NCBI GenBank assembly: GCA_024637035.1
Contig: JAGXFW010000022.1
Location: 76,408-140,407 of the forward strand
Length of the DNA: 64,000 nucleotides
Origin: Actinomycetes bacterium
GTDB lineage: Bacteria > Actinomycetota > Thermoleophilia > RBG-16-64-13
Direction: 5' to 3'
Under the pieces are notes generated by a model, which was given only the letters and a program-made list of their open reading frames with translations, did not search any database and was not told the origin of the DNA. Below are positions 29,123 to 39,572 of this stretch, one piece after another; position 1 is the stretch's first letter, and each line of letters opens with the position of its first letter. The translations under genes were made by a program, and so were the position numbers.

Positions 29123-30180
29123 GATCGCCCGCCTCTCACTGCGTCGGGCCGGTCGGCCTTCGGTGCCGACGGGCGGCCGATGGGGTCTTCAGAAGGAGCG
29201 TCGTCGAACGCGAAGAGCTCGCCGAGCAGTTCATCCTCTAGCGTGAGCGTCTCGAGGAACGCTTCCAGGCGCACTCGCACGGGCCCGGTGACTTCCGAGG
29301 GGAATCCCACCTCGATGTCGAGGAACGGTAGGTCGAGTTCATTGGCGAGACTCCTTGCGGTGACCCCGTCGTAGGCTCCGGGATCACAGAAGGGGAGACG
29401 GGCGTGGATCAGGGCCGAAGGGGTCGCGCTTGCGATGCGTGAGGCGAGGTGTTCTCGCCTGAGGCTCACGGTCGACCGCGGGCAGACAGCGGCGGTCAGC
29501 ATCGCCCTGGCTTCGGCGTCGAACGAAAACCCGCCGTCCACTGCGGCAAGAGCGGCCGCGCGATGTGTGCCGGTGCACGAGTCTAACCCGGACACGGCGA
29601 CTCCGGCGTTCTCGATCGCCACGAGCAGATCGGCTCCGCTGAGCGGCCCCGCTATGACGAAGACGCCGCCGGGTCTCGGTTCGATGGGCGGAGCGACGAA
29701 CGCGTCCGGGGTCGCAGTGGGCTCGGGGCCAGCTGGGCCGACGCCGATCCCGACAGGCAGGTCGGTGACACCAGCGGGGTCGGTGTGGTCACTCGCGTGC
29801 CGCCCGAGCCAGTCGTCGAGCGCATCGAGTTCCTTCGCGAGTCGTCGTGTCGCTGCCTCATCCGTCGTTCGTGGCACCCAAGGCCGGTATATGCGGTCGC
29901 CGAGACGTACCGCGAGCATGTCACCCATGCGGCGCATGGCGTCACAACCCGCCGGGGCCACGAGTAGATCGGTGCAGCCAGGTGCGGCTAGAGCGGACTC
30001 GGCAGCGGCCAGGAGCTGCACCACCCAGGGGCAGGTATTGGGATGTGTCTCGAAGCCGTCGGGATCGCACTTGCCGTCAGCGGCCAGCGCGAGGGCGGCG
30101 AGCGGCCGAGCAACGAAACCCCTGCGCGCGAGGAATGCCGGCCGTACCAAGGCACAACTGTAGAAGCAGGTGGCAGTCAT
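29119..30180 (-). CDS. divergent 2-hydroxyacyl-CoA dehydratase subunit-like protein
   Basis: HPNTCPWV, GCDAMRR, DSCTG, CPR, PFCDP, RVRLEAFLETL. Confidence 0.7.
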   Translation of the reverse strand: MTATCFYSCALVRPAFLARRGFVARPLAALALAADGKCDPDGFETHPNTCPWVVQLLAAAESALAAPGCTDLLVAPAGCDAMRRMGDMLAVRLGDRIYRPWVPRTTDEAATRRLAKELDALDDWLGRHASDHTDPAGVTDLPVGIGVGPAGPEPTATPDAFVAPPIEPRPGGVFVIAGPLSGADLLVAIENAGVAVSGLDSCTGTHRAAALAAVDGGFSFDAEARAMLTAAVCPRSTVSLRREHLASRIASATPSALIHARLPFCDPGAYDGVTARSLANELDLPFLDIEVGFPSEVTGPVRVRLEAFLETLTLEDELLGELFAFDDAPSEDPIGRPSAPKADRPDAVRGGRS

Positions 30181-30483
30181 GACCCCACGTGGCGCCCGTG
30201 GTCCCACGTGCCAGGACGCCGTATCGGCGACGCTGTGACCAAGCGCCACCACCCTACTTGAGCGGACGCTGCGAGGCAAGACTTGTCAGTACCGTCGCAC
30301 AACGAATCCTGCAATACTTTAGCAATGCAATACAGCGTGCAATGGCGGTGTGGCAAGCGAACGCCCCTCAACCACCACCGCTTGAAGGGGGGCGTACCTT
30401 CCGCTATCGTCTGGGCGCTGGGAGACGACTCCTTGCGCACAGGCTTCCGACCAGCCGACTGGGAGGAGCCAAGGGGGACACAT

Positions 30484-31446
30484 ATGAGGATCGCGATCAT
30501 GGGTGCCGGCGCCCTGGGCGGCGCTTTCGGCTTTCTTCTCGCCGAGGCCGGCTTCGACGTGACATTGGTGGACGTCGATAGAGCCAAGGTCGACGCAATC
30601 AACTCTGAAGGACTCACACTGCTGATGCCCGACGGTTCTTCGCGGCACCGGCTGATCCGGGCCACCGCCGACCCTGCCGAGGTGGGGCACGTGGATCTGG
30701 TGCAGGTGGCGGTGAAGGGCTACCACACGCTCTCCGCAGCGACGCTCGCCGTGCCGCTCGTAGGCCCCGCCACGTACGTGCTCTCTCTGCAGAACGGGCT
30801 TGGCAACCTCGATCGGATCGCGTCGGTCGTGGGCCCGGAGCGAGTAGTGGGTGGGATCACGGCGCACAGCGCTATGCCGATCGGTCCGACCGAGATCCGA
30901 TTCAATGCCGCCGGTATGGGCGGCGTCCACATCGGACGTTTCGATGGGACTCGCGATGACGGGCTTGCGCCTGTAGCCGATGTCTTCATCGCGGCCGGCC
31001 TTGAAGGGCACGTGGTCGAGGGCGACGTGCACGAGCCGATCTGGCGAAAGCTGCTCGCGAACTCGTCGGTGAACCCCGTTGCGGCGCTCATGGGACTCAC
31101 CGGTCGTGAGATACAGGAGATGGAGGAGGCGTCCGGTCTGGTGCGTGCTCTCGCATGTGAGACCGGTGCTGTGGCGCGTGCGCAGGGCTTCACGTTCGCG
31201 GAACTCGACGACCCAGGCGAGTTCGTTATCGGGACGCTCGATTGGGTGGGCGACAACAAGGTCTCGATGCTACAGGACGTGGAGGCGGGACGCCGCACGG
31301 AGATCGACACCCTCAATCTCGCCGTGGTCGAGGTGGGGGAGAAGTATGGTGTGGATACCCCGCTGAATTGGACGATCGGGTCCCTCGTGCGCACGATGGA
31401 GCGCAAGATGTTGCGCGACCGGCGCAATGGCGGCGGCGCGGCCTAG
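30484..31446 (+). CDS. panE: ketopantoate reductase family protein
   Basis: GAGALGG, VKGY, LQNGLG, WRKL, SMLQD, RRTEIDTLN. Confidence 0.8.
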   Translation: MRIAIMGAGALGGAFGFLLAEAGFDVTLVDVDRAKVDAINSEGLTLLMPDGSSRHRLIRATADPAEVGHVDLVQVAVKGYHTLSAATLAVPLVGPATYVLSLQNGLGNLDRIASVVGPERVVGGITAHSAMPIGPTEIRFNAAGMGGVHIGRFDGTRDDGLAPVADVFIAAGLEGHVVEGDVHEPIWRKLLANSSVNPVAALMGLTGREIQEMEEASGLVRALACETGAVARAQGFTFAELDDPGEFVIGTLDWVGDNKVSMLQDVEAGRRTEIDTLNLAVVEVGEKYGVDTPLNWTIGSLVRTMERKMLRDRRNGGGAA

Positions 31447-31561
31447 GCCCCCCGCGCCGGCATCCTACCGGCGATTCGTGGGTAGAACATGAACAGTCCA
31501 AGTATTCGACGCGGCTTCGCGAGTCGCTGCACGACGGCCGCACAAAGGTCCTGGAGGTCAG

Positions 31562-32482
31562 ATGCTCGTAGATATCATCGGTGGATTCCTCGGCTCGGGG
31601 AAGACCACCGCGATCCTTCACCAATTCACGGAGAAGTCGTTCGATCCCGGGCGCACGGTCATCCTGGTGAACGAGTTCGGCGAGGTGGGAGTGGACGGGG
31701 TGCTTCTCGACACCGGAGAGAGTTCCGTGCGTGAGTTGCCCAGCGGGTGCATCTGCTGCAGTCTGAAGGCCGACTTCGTGGAGCAGGTGGAAGACATCGT
31801 CAATACGTTCGCACCGGAACGGCTCGTCGTGGAGCCATCTGGGGTGGCTGCGATGCGCGATATCCTGCAGGCTCTGTCACACGAGCGCATCGCGCACTTG
31901 ATCGACACCGTGCGCACCGTCCTGATCCTCGATCCGGACGACCACGACTGGTTCGTCGAGATGAGTGACACGTTCGTCGATTCGCAGGTGGGCCTCGCGC
32001 AACTGATCCTTCTGAACAAGGCCGATCTGGCGACGCCCGAGTTGCTGGCCAGCGTGACGGCAGACCTCGAGAAGCGCAACCCGCACGCCGTGGTGCTTCC
32101 CACGAGTCACGGCAGGTTCTCGTGGGAGCAGGTGGAGGGGATCTTGCCGCCCATTCCCTCGGCTGCTGGTGAGTCGGCGCGCCTCGATGGGTTCGAGTCT
32201 TTCTCGGCGGAGTTGCCCGATGCGTACGACCTCGACTCGCTGCGCGGGTTCTACGCCGGCTTGGCCGACGGCACCTACGGGAATGTAGCCCGGGCGAAGG
32301 GGGTGTTCCGCACCGACAGCGAGGGCGGCTTTCATCGTCTTGACCTAGCCGGGAGGCGAGTCCACGAGACCCCTTGGCCGAGCACCGTTCCGGGCCGCAT
32401 CAACGTGATCGGGCGGGGGATCGACGCGGATGCCATCCGAGAGGCATTGATCACGGCAGAGGTATCGAGCCCGATTGCTTAG
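31562..32482 (+). CDS. CobW/COG0523 metallochaperone GTPase
   Basis: GFLGSGKTT, NEFGE, GCICCS, EPSG, NKAD, RAKG. Confidence 0.9.
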   Translation: MLVDIIGGFLGSGKTTAILHQFTEKSFDPGRTVILVNEFGEVGVDGVLLDTGESSVRELPSGCICCSLKADFVEQVEDIVNTFAPERLVVEPSGVAAMRDILQALSHERIAHLIDTVRTVLILDPDDHDWFVEMSDTFVDSQVGLAQLILLNKADLATPELLASVTADLEKRNPHAVVLPTSHGRFSWEQVEGILPPIPSAAGESARLDGFESFSAELPDAYDLDSLRGFYAGLADGTYGNVARAKGVFRTDSEGGFHRLDLAGRRVHETPWPSTVPGRINVIGRGIDADAIREALITAEVSSPIA

Positions 32483-32541
32483 TGGTTCAGGGCATCGGAA
32501 AGAGAGCGCAGCTGTGAGATCACCGGAGAGGAGGGCCGATC

Positions 32542-33780
32542 ATGGTCGCCATGAGAGATGAGGAGAGGGCCGCCGCACCCCCGACGGCCTCCCCGACGGA
32601 CCCCCCGACGCTCGACACCAAGAACATCGGCCTCCGTGGCGTGACCGTCGCGGACACCATGGTCAGCGACGTCGACGGCCAAGGCGGCCGGCTCATCTAC
32701 CGCGGCTACGACATCCGTGATCTGGCCGCGCATTCATCGTACGAGGAGGTCGTCTATCTCCTCATCTACGGCGTCTTGCCCACCGAGCAGGAGCTCAAGG
32801 CATTCGGCGCGTTTCTGGCCGAACGCCGGGCGCTGAGTCCTAGAATGGTGACAGTGATCCGGGCGCTTCATCCCGAGACGCCCACCATGGCCGCGCTGCA
32901 ATCGATGGTCGCCGCGCAGGCGGCGTTCGATCCGTTCCCGGGGGGCACGGGTGTCGAGGCCGAGCGCGAACGGGCCGTCGACCTGGTGGCTAAGACGGCC
33001 AGCCTGGTGGCGGCGTGGCACCGTATCCACCGCGGCCTTGACCCCGTGGACCCGTCACCTCATCTGAGCCACGCCGCCGATTTCCTGCGCATGGTGCACG
33101 ACGCCGAGCCCGACGTGGACTTGGCCCGCGAGCTCGACATCGCACTGATCCTTCATGCGGACCACTCCATGAACGCCTCCACCTTCACCGCCCGAGCCGT
33201 GGCGAGCACCCACACTTCCTTGTACGCAGCGGTCTCAGCCGCACTTGGTGCGCTCTCGGGCGATCTTCACGGGGGCGCCAACGCTCGAGTCATGGAGATG
33301 CTCTGGGAGGTGGGGTCGCCCGAGGCCGCCGAGCAGTTCGTGCGCGAAGCGTTCGCGGGCGGCGGTCGCATCATGGGCATGGGGCACGCCGTCTACCGCA
33401 CCGACGACCCACGTGCCGTGATCCTGCGCGAGATGTCGAAGCGGGCCGGCGAGGTGCGCGGAGACCCGGTCTGGTATCGCACCACTCAGCGCATCGAGGA
33501 GGTCACGCGGCAGGTGTTCCGCGAAGCCAAGCAAGCCGAGATCTATCCGAACGTCGACATGTACTCGGCTTCGCTCTACCACGTCATGGGTCTACCCACC
33601 GACCTCTTCACGCCGGTGTTCGCGATCTCACGGGTGGCCGGGTGGTCGGCGCACGTGATCGAGGAGCGGTTCGCCGAGGCGGCGGACAAGCCCCAGCTCT
33701 ACCGACCCGCTTCGGCATACGTGGGACGCTACTGCGGCCCGGAGTCATGCGCCTACGAGCCACCCGAGGCCCGAAGCTAG
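32542..33780 (+). CDS. gltA: citrate (or 2-methylcitrate) synthase
   Basis: LIYRGY, HADHSMNAST, LHGGAN, MGMGHAVY, DPRA, PNVD. Confidence 0.9.
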   Translation: MVAMRDEERAAAPPTASPTDPPTLDTKNIGLRGVTVADTMVSDVDGQGGRLIYRGYDIRDLAAHSSYEEVVYLLIYGVLPTEQELKAFGAFLAERRALSPRMVTVIRALHPETPTMAALQSMVAAQAAFDPFPGGTGVEAERERAVDLVAKTASLVAAWHRIHRGLDPVDPSPHLSHAADFLRMVHDAEPDVDLARELDIALILHADHSMNASTFTARAVASTHTSLYAAVSAALGALSGDLHGGANARVMEMLWEVGSPEAAEQFVREAFAGGGRIMGMGHAVYRTDDPRAVILREMSKRAGEVRGDPVWYRTTQRIEEVTRQVFREAKQAEIYPNVDMYSASLYHVMGLPTDLFTPVFAISRVAGWSAHVIEERFAEAADKPQLYRPASAYVGRYCGPESCAYEPPEARS

Positions 33781-33846
33781 CCGTATCATCCGTTACCGCC
33801 TGCGATATCCTGGCGCCATGAGCAGCGAGCCGACCCGCAGGGTAGC

Positions 33847-35736
33847 GTGACCACCGACCAGGCAGTGATCCTGGTCGTCTTGGCCGGGACGATCCTCATG
33901 TTCCTATGGGGCCGTTGGCGCCACGACATGGTGGCCGTCGCTTCGCTGCTCGTGTGTGTTCTGGCGGGCCTCGTCCCCGCCTCCGACGCATTCTCCGGCT
34001 TCGGACATCCCGCCGTGATCACCGTAGCGTGTGTGCTGGTGCTGAGTTGGGGTCTGCAGACGACCGGAGCGGTCGACGCGCTCATCAAACGGGCCGTCCC
34101 GTCCAACCTCGGGCCGACCTTGACCATCGTCGCGCTGACCGCCCTCGGTGCCGCCCTCTCTGCGTTCATGAACAATGTGGGGGCGATGGCGCTCCTCATG
34201 CCTGTGGCGATCCAGATCGCCGGCAAGCACGACCTGACCCCGGGCAAGGTGCTGATGCCCCTATCGTTCGGCACGATACTGGGCGGCATGACCACGCTGA
34301 TCGGCACACCGCCGAACCTCATCGTCTCCGCCTTCCGCGAAGACACCGGCTTGGGCAGTTTCGGTATGTTCGACTTCACGCCGGTCGGCGTGGCCGTCGC
34401 CGGCGCTGGCGTGCTGTTCGTGGCGGCGCTCGGGTGGCGTCTCGTACCGACTCGAGAGCAGAAGGGTGCGGCTGGTTTTGAAACCGGCAAGTACCTGACC
34501 GAGGCGCGAGTAACCGAGAACGGCAAGGCTGCCGGCAAGACCGTGCGCGAGGCAGAGCAGATGCTCGAGGAGTTCGACGCGCAGATCGTGGGACTCGCCC
34601 GCAACGAGTTCCGCCTGTCGGCCCCGTCACCGTGGAGACGATTGGTGCCCGGGGACATCGTGGTGATCGAGACCGAGCCGGAAACCCTCGCTGCCGCGCT
34701 CTCGACCCTCGGTCTACGGTTGGAGGAGGCCGTGCCGCCTTCACCGGAGCGGGAGGCGGAGGGTGGACTGGACTCGGGTGAGAACGATGGCGCCACCTCA
34801 GACGCCGCCCGCGAGCCCACCGAAGACGCCGAGGCTCCCACATCGGACGACACGGGCGGATCCAAGGAGCGCGGGCGCGAAGAGGTGGTGCTGCAGGAGC
34901 TCGTGATCATGCCGACCTCCGGCTTGATAGGGAGGTCGGCGTCCAGCGTGCGCATACGTTCGCGGTATGGTCTGAACCTGCTGGCCATCTCGCGCCAGGG
35001 GCGGCGCACGATAAGGCGGCTTCGCTCGACGTCCGTTCGGCCTGGAGACGTGCTGCTCATGCAGGGCGGAGTCGAGGCCATCGCCGGGTTCGCGGTCGAG
35101 TTCGGGTGCGTGCCGCTTGCGGTGCGCGGCATCCATATCCCCGATACACGCAAGGCCGTCGTCGCCACGCTGGTCATGGCTGGGGCCATCGCCGGCGCGG
35201 CGTTCGGACTGCTCCCGGCCGCGGTCTCATTCGCCGCGGGCGTCCTGTTGTTCATGGCGCTCCGGGTAGTGCCCTTGAGGAAGGTCTACGAGGCAGTCGA
35301 CTGGCCGGTGATCGTGCTCTTGGCCGCCCTCATCCCCGTGGCCACGGCGACCGCCACCACCGGCGCCGCCGATCTGCTTGCCCGGACGCTACTCGACACC
35401 ATCGCTCAGGGCCGCCCGGTCATCGCGCTCGTACTCATCCTGGTGGTCACGATGACGCTCTCCGACTTCATGAACAACGCCGCGACCGCAGCCGTCATGT
35501 GCCCAATAGCCATCGGTGCCGCCACGCAGCTCGGCGCGGCGGCTGACCCCTTCCTCATGGCCGTGGCAATCGGTGCGTCGTGCGCCTTCCTCACGCCGAT
35601 CGGTCATCAGAACAACACGCTGATCCTCGGGCCCGGCGGCTTCCGATTCGGCGACTATTGGCGTTTGGGCCTGCCGATGGAGATCATCGCGGTGGCCGTG
35701 AGCGTGCCGATGTTGCTACTTGTGTGGCCTCTGTGA
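33847..35736 (+). CDS. SLC13/CitMHS-type permease with two TrkA-C domains
   Basis: SAFMNN, TLIGTPPN, FLTPIGHQNN; two internal soluble domains. Confidence 0.85.
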   Translation: MTTDQAVILVVLAGTILMFLWGRWRHDMVAVASLLVCVLAGLVPASDAFSGFGHPAVITVACVLVLSWGLQTTGAVDALIKRAVPSNLGPTLTIVALTALGAALSAFMNNVGAMALLMPVAIQIAGKHDLTPGKVLMPLSFGTILGGMTTLIGTPPNLIVSAFREDTGLGSFGMFDFTPVGVAVAGAGVLFVAALGWRLVPTREQKGAAGFETGKYLTEARVTENGKAAGKTVREAEQMLEEFDAQIVGLARNEFRLSAPSPWRRLVPGDIVVIETEPETLAAALSTLGLRLEEAVPPSPEREAEGGLDSGENDGATSDAAREPTEDAEAPTSDDTGGSKERGREEVVLQELVIMPTSGLIGRSASSVRIRSRYGLNLLAISRQGRRTIRRLRSTSVRPGDVLLMQGGVEAIAGFAVEFGCVPLAVRGIHIPDTRKAVVATLVMAGAIAGAAFGLLPAAVSFAAGVLLFMALRVVPLRKVYEAVDWPVIVLLAALIPVATATATTGAADLLARTLLDTIAQGRPVIALVLILVVTMTLSDFMNNAATAAVMCPIAIGAATQLGAAADPFLMAVAIGASCAFLTPIGHQNNTLILGPGGFRFGDYWRLGLPMEIIAVAVSVPMLLLVWPL

Positions 35737-35900
35737 TGCGCGGCGCCTTGAACCTTGCATGCATCTTGGGAGTAGGCCGGCCCGCCGAGTGTAGGGGGAG
35801 TCGCGGCGGGGGACACTGGCGCGATAGGATTGGAGCAGGCTCAAGGGACCTCCCGTCCGAGAGCGTAGTGACCACGAAAACGAAGCGAGGGAGTTCAGGC

Positions 35901-36308
35901 ATGAGACGGAAGAGCGTAGCCATCTTGATCGGGCTGTTGGTCCTGGTCGCTTTGACGGCGTCGGCCTGTGAGGTCAGCGTCAGTACGGCGAATATCGCCG
36001 ACGCATGGATGTCGAGTGACGAAGCGGGCGACGAGCGCACTGCGGTGTTCGCTCAAGATCAGGACTTCTACGCCCAAGTCGAGCTTGCCAACGCGCCGGA
36101 TGACTCCACCGTCAAGGCTTCGTGGACCGCTGTCGACGTCGAGGACACCGACCCCGACCTGCTCATCGACGAGGTCGAACTCACAGCGGGCGACGGTCAG
36201 CATCAGTTCTCGCTCACGAACGACAGCCTCTGGCCGATCGGCTCGTACAAGGTCGACCTCTACCTGAACGGGGAACTCGCCAAGACCGTCGAGTTCGAGG
36301 TGCAGTAG
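35901..36308 (+). CDS. hypothetical lipoprotein
   Basis: Signal peptide with lipobox ASAC; Ig-like GSYKVDLYLNG strand. Confidence 0.75.
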   Translation: MRRKSVAILIGLLVLVALTASACEVSVSTANIADAWMSSDEAGDERTAVFAQDQDFYAQVELANAPDDSTVKASWTAVDVEDTDPDLLIDEVELTAGDGQHQFSLTNDSLWPIGSYKVDLYLNGELAKTVEFEVQ

Positions 36309-36334
36309 TCTCCGAACCGAGCTCGGGGCCGTCC

Positions 36335-37129
36335 ATGCGCAGGGCTCTCGTTGAAGAGCTCCATGCTTTCGTAGGCGCGTGGCCGCCCGGACGCCGGGCT
36401 TCGACCCGGTGGGGACGGCCCCTGGTGGGGGTCGCCTCCGCCGGGGATCCGCTCTTCCCCGAACTGAAGCGGGTCGCTTCGCCGTCGCACCTGCTCCCGG
36501 ACGATCTGCTGGCGGGAGCAGGTGCGGTGGTCACCTTTTTCCTGCCCTTCGAACGGTCCGTGGGTCTGAGCAACATCTCGGGGGACATGGCCTCGGCCGA
36601 GTGGGCGACCGCCTACATCGAGACCAACGAGCTCATTCGGGCGGTGTGCGCGTACATGAAGGGTTGGCTTGAGGCGGCGGGGTACAGAGCGGCGGTAACC
36701 CCGCCCACGCACGATTTCGACGATGGCGCGCTCATGAGTGCGTGGTCGCATCGTCACGTGGCGTTTGTGGCCGGTCTCGGTCGCTTCGGACTCAACAACA
36801 TGCTCATAACCGAGGCGGGATGCTGTGGCCGGTTGGGCAGTTTCGTCACCTCGCTCGAGCTCGAGCCGGACATCCGCGCCACGGCCGAAGCTTGTCTCTA
36901 CCGGCACGATGGCTCGTGCCACCGGTGCGTCACCCGATGTGTGGGCGACGCGCTCTTCACCGATCGCTTCGACCGTCGGGCCTGCTACGACGTATGCTTG
37001 CGGAACGAGCGCCTCCACGCCTCTCTGGGCGCGGCGGATGTGTGCGGCAAGTGTCTTGTTGCGGTGCCCTGCGCGTTCGTCGACCCGGTGGCGCGGCGGA
37101 TAGCCAAGAACGAGCCTTCCCGAGCGTGA
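36335..37129 (+). CDS. epoxyqueuosine reductase (QueG)-like Fe-S protein
   Basis: WSHRHVAFVAGLGRFGLNN, CxxCxxxC, DVCGKC. Confidence 0.75.
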   Translation: MRRALVEELHAFVGAWPPGRRASTRWGRPLVGVASAGDPLFPELKRVASPSHLLPDDLLAGAGAVVTFFLPFERSVGLSNISGDMASAEWATAYIETNELIRAVCAYMKGWLEAAGYRAAVTPPTHDFDDGALMSAWSHRHVAFVAGLGRFGLNNMLITEAGCCGRLGSFVTSLELEPDIRATAEACLYRHDGSCHRCVTRCVGDALFTDRFDRRACYDVCLRNERLHASLGAADVCGKCLVAVPCAFVDPVARRIAKNEPSRA

Positions 37130-37176
37130 CAGGTGCCGAGGAATGCCATGAAGAAAATGACAAGGACGGAGCCTGA

Positions 37177-38316
37177 ATGCAGGTGAAGACGGACGTTCTC
37201 GTCGGATCCGATGAGTTCTTCAGCCGCCTCGCTGAGGACGTGCGCGGCGCGCGCGACAACGTCTACGTGCAGGCGATGAGCTTCGAGGCAGACGACGCTG
37301 GGCTTGGCATGTGCCGCGAATTGCGGGGTTCGCCGGCGACGGACATACGGGTGCTCGTGGATGAGTACGTGCGCGTGATCGTCAGCGACAGCTTCGTCTT
37401 CGCCCCGACCGGCCTCTTCGACCGCGCTCATCGCCGCGAGGTGCGGGAGACCCAGGAGTTGTTCGAGGAGTTGAATGCGGAGGGGATCAAGGTGAAGACC
37501 ACCAACCCCCTCGGTTTCATGTTCACCCGACTTCTCGCGCGGAATCACAAGAAGCTCGTCGTCGTGGACGACCGCGTTGCCTACGTGGGCGGCATCAACT
37601 TCAGCGATCACAATTTCGAGTGGCACGACATGATGTTGCGCATCGAGGACCCGGCCATCGCCGGCTATCTGCGCGATGACTTCCTCTCCACGTGGTCGGG
37701 GGTCGACCAGAACAACCTTCGATCGTTTCCCGGGTTCGATTTCCACCAGTTGGACGGTCGCAGCAACGAGAAGTCGTACGAGTCGATCTTCAGGCTTCTC
37801 GACGAGGCGCGTGACACCATCGTGATCGAGTCGCCCTATCTCTCCTTCCCCTTCTACCGGAAGCTGCGCGAAGCGGTACGCCGCGGCGTCGAGGTGAGGC
37901 TGATCCTCCCCGAGAAGAGTAACAAAGGCGTCATGCAGCGCTACAACCTGTGGGAGGCCCGGCGTTCGGGCATCAACCTGAGGCTGTTGAAAGGGCGCAT
38001 GACCCACCTCAAGGCAGTGTTGATCGACGACGAGAAGCTGATCGTGGGCTCCTCGAATTTCGACTTCGTCAGCTACCGCTGCCTTCAGGAGGTGGTGGTG
38101 GTCGTGCACGACGCCGAGACGATCGCGAGGTTCGACGAGCGCGTCTTTCGACCCGACTGGCAGACTTCGCTGCCCGTCGAGGGCACCCCGGCTTCCATTA
38201 CCGGCCCCCTCTGCTACCTCTATCTCAAGGTGGTCGACCTCTTGCTCGTGGGCGTCTCCAAGGTTCCCGGGTGGCGCGCTCGGCGCCGAGCGGCCACGCC
38301 CGGCGGTGCCGCCTAG
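37177..38316 (+). CDS. phospholipase D / cardiolipin synthase family
   Basis: Two HKD motifs HKKLVVVD and HLKAVLID; GGIN, GSSN. Confidence 0.85.
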   Translation: MQVKTDVLVGSDEFFSRLAEDVRGARDNVYVQAMSFEADDAGLGMCRELRGSPATDIRVLVDEYVRVIVSDSFVFAPTGLFDRAHRREVRETQELFEELNAEGIKVKTTNPLGFMFTRLLARNHKKLVVVDDRVAYVGGINFSDHNFEWHDMMLRIEDPAIAGYLRDDFLSTWSGVDQNNLRSFPGFDFHQLDGRSNEKSYESIFRLLDEARDTIVIESPYLSFPFYRKLREAVRRGVEVRLILPEKSNKGVMQRYNLWEARRSGINLRLLKGRMTHLKAVLIDDEKLIVGSSNFDFVSYRCLQEVVVVVHDAETIARFDERVFRPDWQTSLPVEGTPASITGPLCYLYLKVVDLLLVGVSKVPGWRARRRAATPGGAA

Positions 38317-38411
38317 ACTTCGGACGCCCGCTCGTTGCGCCCCCGACTCATGCGTGGGGGCGTCTACATGAGGGAACAAGTAAGGGGTAAGCAGGGAACG
38401 GGAGGTACCTC

Positions 38412-38828
38412 ATGGCGGAACTGAAGACACGCCCCACCGACGCAGACGTCGAGCAGTATCTCAACAGTGTGACCGACGAGCAGAAGCGTCGGGACAGCTT
38501 CACGATCCTCGAGCTCATGAAGGACGTCACGAAAGCCGAGCCGAAGATGTGGGGCGACAGTATCGTGGGCTTCGGGAGCTACCACTACACGTACGCCTCG
38601 GGTCGGGAAGGCGACTGGCTCATCACCGGGTTCGCGCCCCGCAAGCGGGAGCTCACCCTGTACATCATGGACGGGTTCGAGGGCTACGATGACCTCTTGG
38701 CGTCGCTCGGGAAGTTCAAGACGGGCAAATCGTGCTTGTATGTGAAGCGGCTCGAAGACATAGACCTCCCGACGCTCCGCACCTTGATCGAGCGGTCGGT
38801 AGCCCATATGTCGGGCTTAACCGACTAG
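38412..38828 (+). CDS. DUF1801 (YdhG-like) protein
   Basis: MWGDSIVGFGSYHY, GFAPRK, LGKFKTGKSCLY. Confidence 0.85.
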   Translation: MAELKTRPTDADVEQYLNSVTDEQKRRDSFTILELMKDVTKAEPKMWGDSIVGFGSYHYTYASGREGDWLITGFAPRKRELTLYIMDGFEGYDDLLASLGKFKTGKSCLYVKRLEDIDLPTLRTLIERSVAHMSGLTD

Positions 38829-38849
38829 GCCGGGCGGGCTCACGGCGTT

Positions 38850-38925
38850 GGGTGAGGCTGGCGCCGAGCCGAGCCTCGCGTCGGGTGCGGCTGGCGCCGA
38901 GCCGAGCCTCGCGTCGGGTGCGGCT
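38850..38925. repeat. 33-bp tandem repeat, about 2.3 copies
   Basis: GGGTG(A/C)GGCTGGCGCCGAGCCGAGCCTCGCGTC. Confidence 0.9.
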
Positions 38926-39342
38926 CTACAGCCACACCACGTCGATCTCGTGGGCCAGGACACGGAACTCGGGGTCGCCCGTGACGGCAGGCAGGCCTGT
39001 GAGTTTAGAGAGGGCGGCGCAGAAGGCATCGGCGTAGGAGATGGGGTACCGGTTCTTGAGGCGTGCCGCCACAAGAGTGAGGGCGCGCCCGGCGTCGACT
39101 GTGTCGAGGGGTAGTTGGTCGAGTGCGGCAAGCACCAGATCGGCGCTGTCGGCGCCCCGGCGGCGGCGCACGACGTAGAGCACCTCACCTAGGTTCACCC
39201 AGCTGATTAGCACGGGCCGCGTCGCGGTGCTCTTCTCCAGCATAGTTTCCACGGCCGGAGCCCCAGGCCCGTCCTCCAGATACTCGAGGACGGCATAGCT
39301 GTCGAGGATGGCGCCCTGCCACGTGTCGTCCGTCGTGGTCAC
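38926..39342 (-). CDS. vapC: VapC/PIN-domain toxin
   Basis: ILDSYA, NLGEV, SYADAF, TGDPEF. Confidence 0.9.
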   Translation of the reverse strand: MTTTDDTWQGAILDSYAVLEYLEDGPGAPAVETMLEKSTATRPVLISWVNLGEVLYVVRRRRGADSADLVLAALDQLPLDTVDAGRALTLVAARLKNRYPISYADAFCAALSKLTGLPAVTGDPEFRVLAHEIDVVWL

Positions 39343-39572
39343 TCGCGCCTGCGCTCCGCCTTCCGTTCCCGAAGGAGCTCCTCAGTGAGGGAATCATCGC
39401 GCTTCAGCAATCCCCGGAAGTGTGAGATCGGTCGTTCCGCAGCCGGTACGATCACGATGTGGTCATCGGCATCGATCACCTGCACGGTCATCCCAGGGAG
39501 GATCCCGTGGCGGCGTCGGATCTCAGCGGGGAGTACCACCTGACCCTTCACAGACACCTTCGCGGCGGGCAT
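39339..39572 (-). CDS. vapB: AbrB/MazE-type antitoxin
   Basis: KVSVKGQVVLPAEIRRRHGILPG; overlaps toxin start. Confidence 0.9.
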   Translation of the reverse strand: MPAAKVSVKGQVVLPAEIRRRHGILPGMTVQVIDADDHIVIVPAAERPISHFRGLLKRDDSLTEELLRERKAERRRE

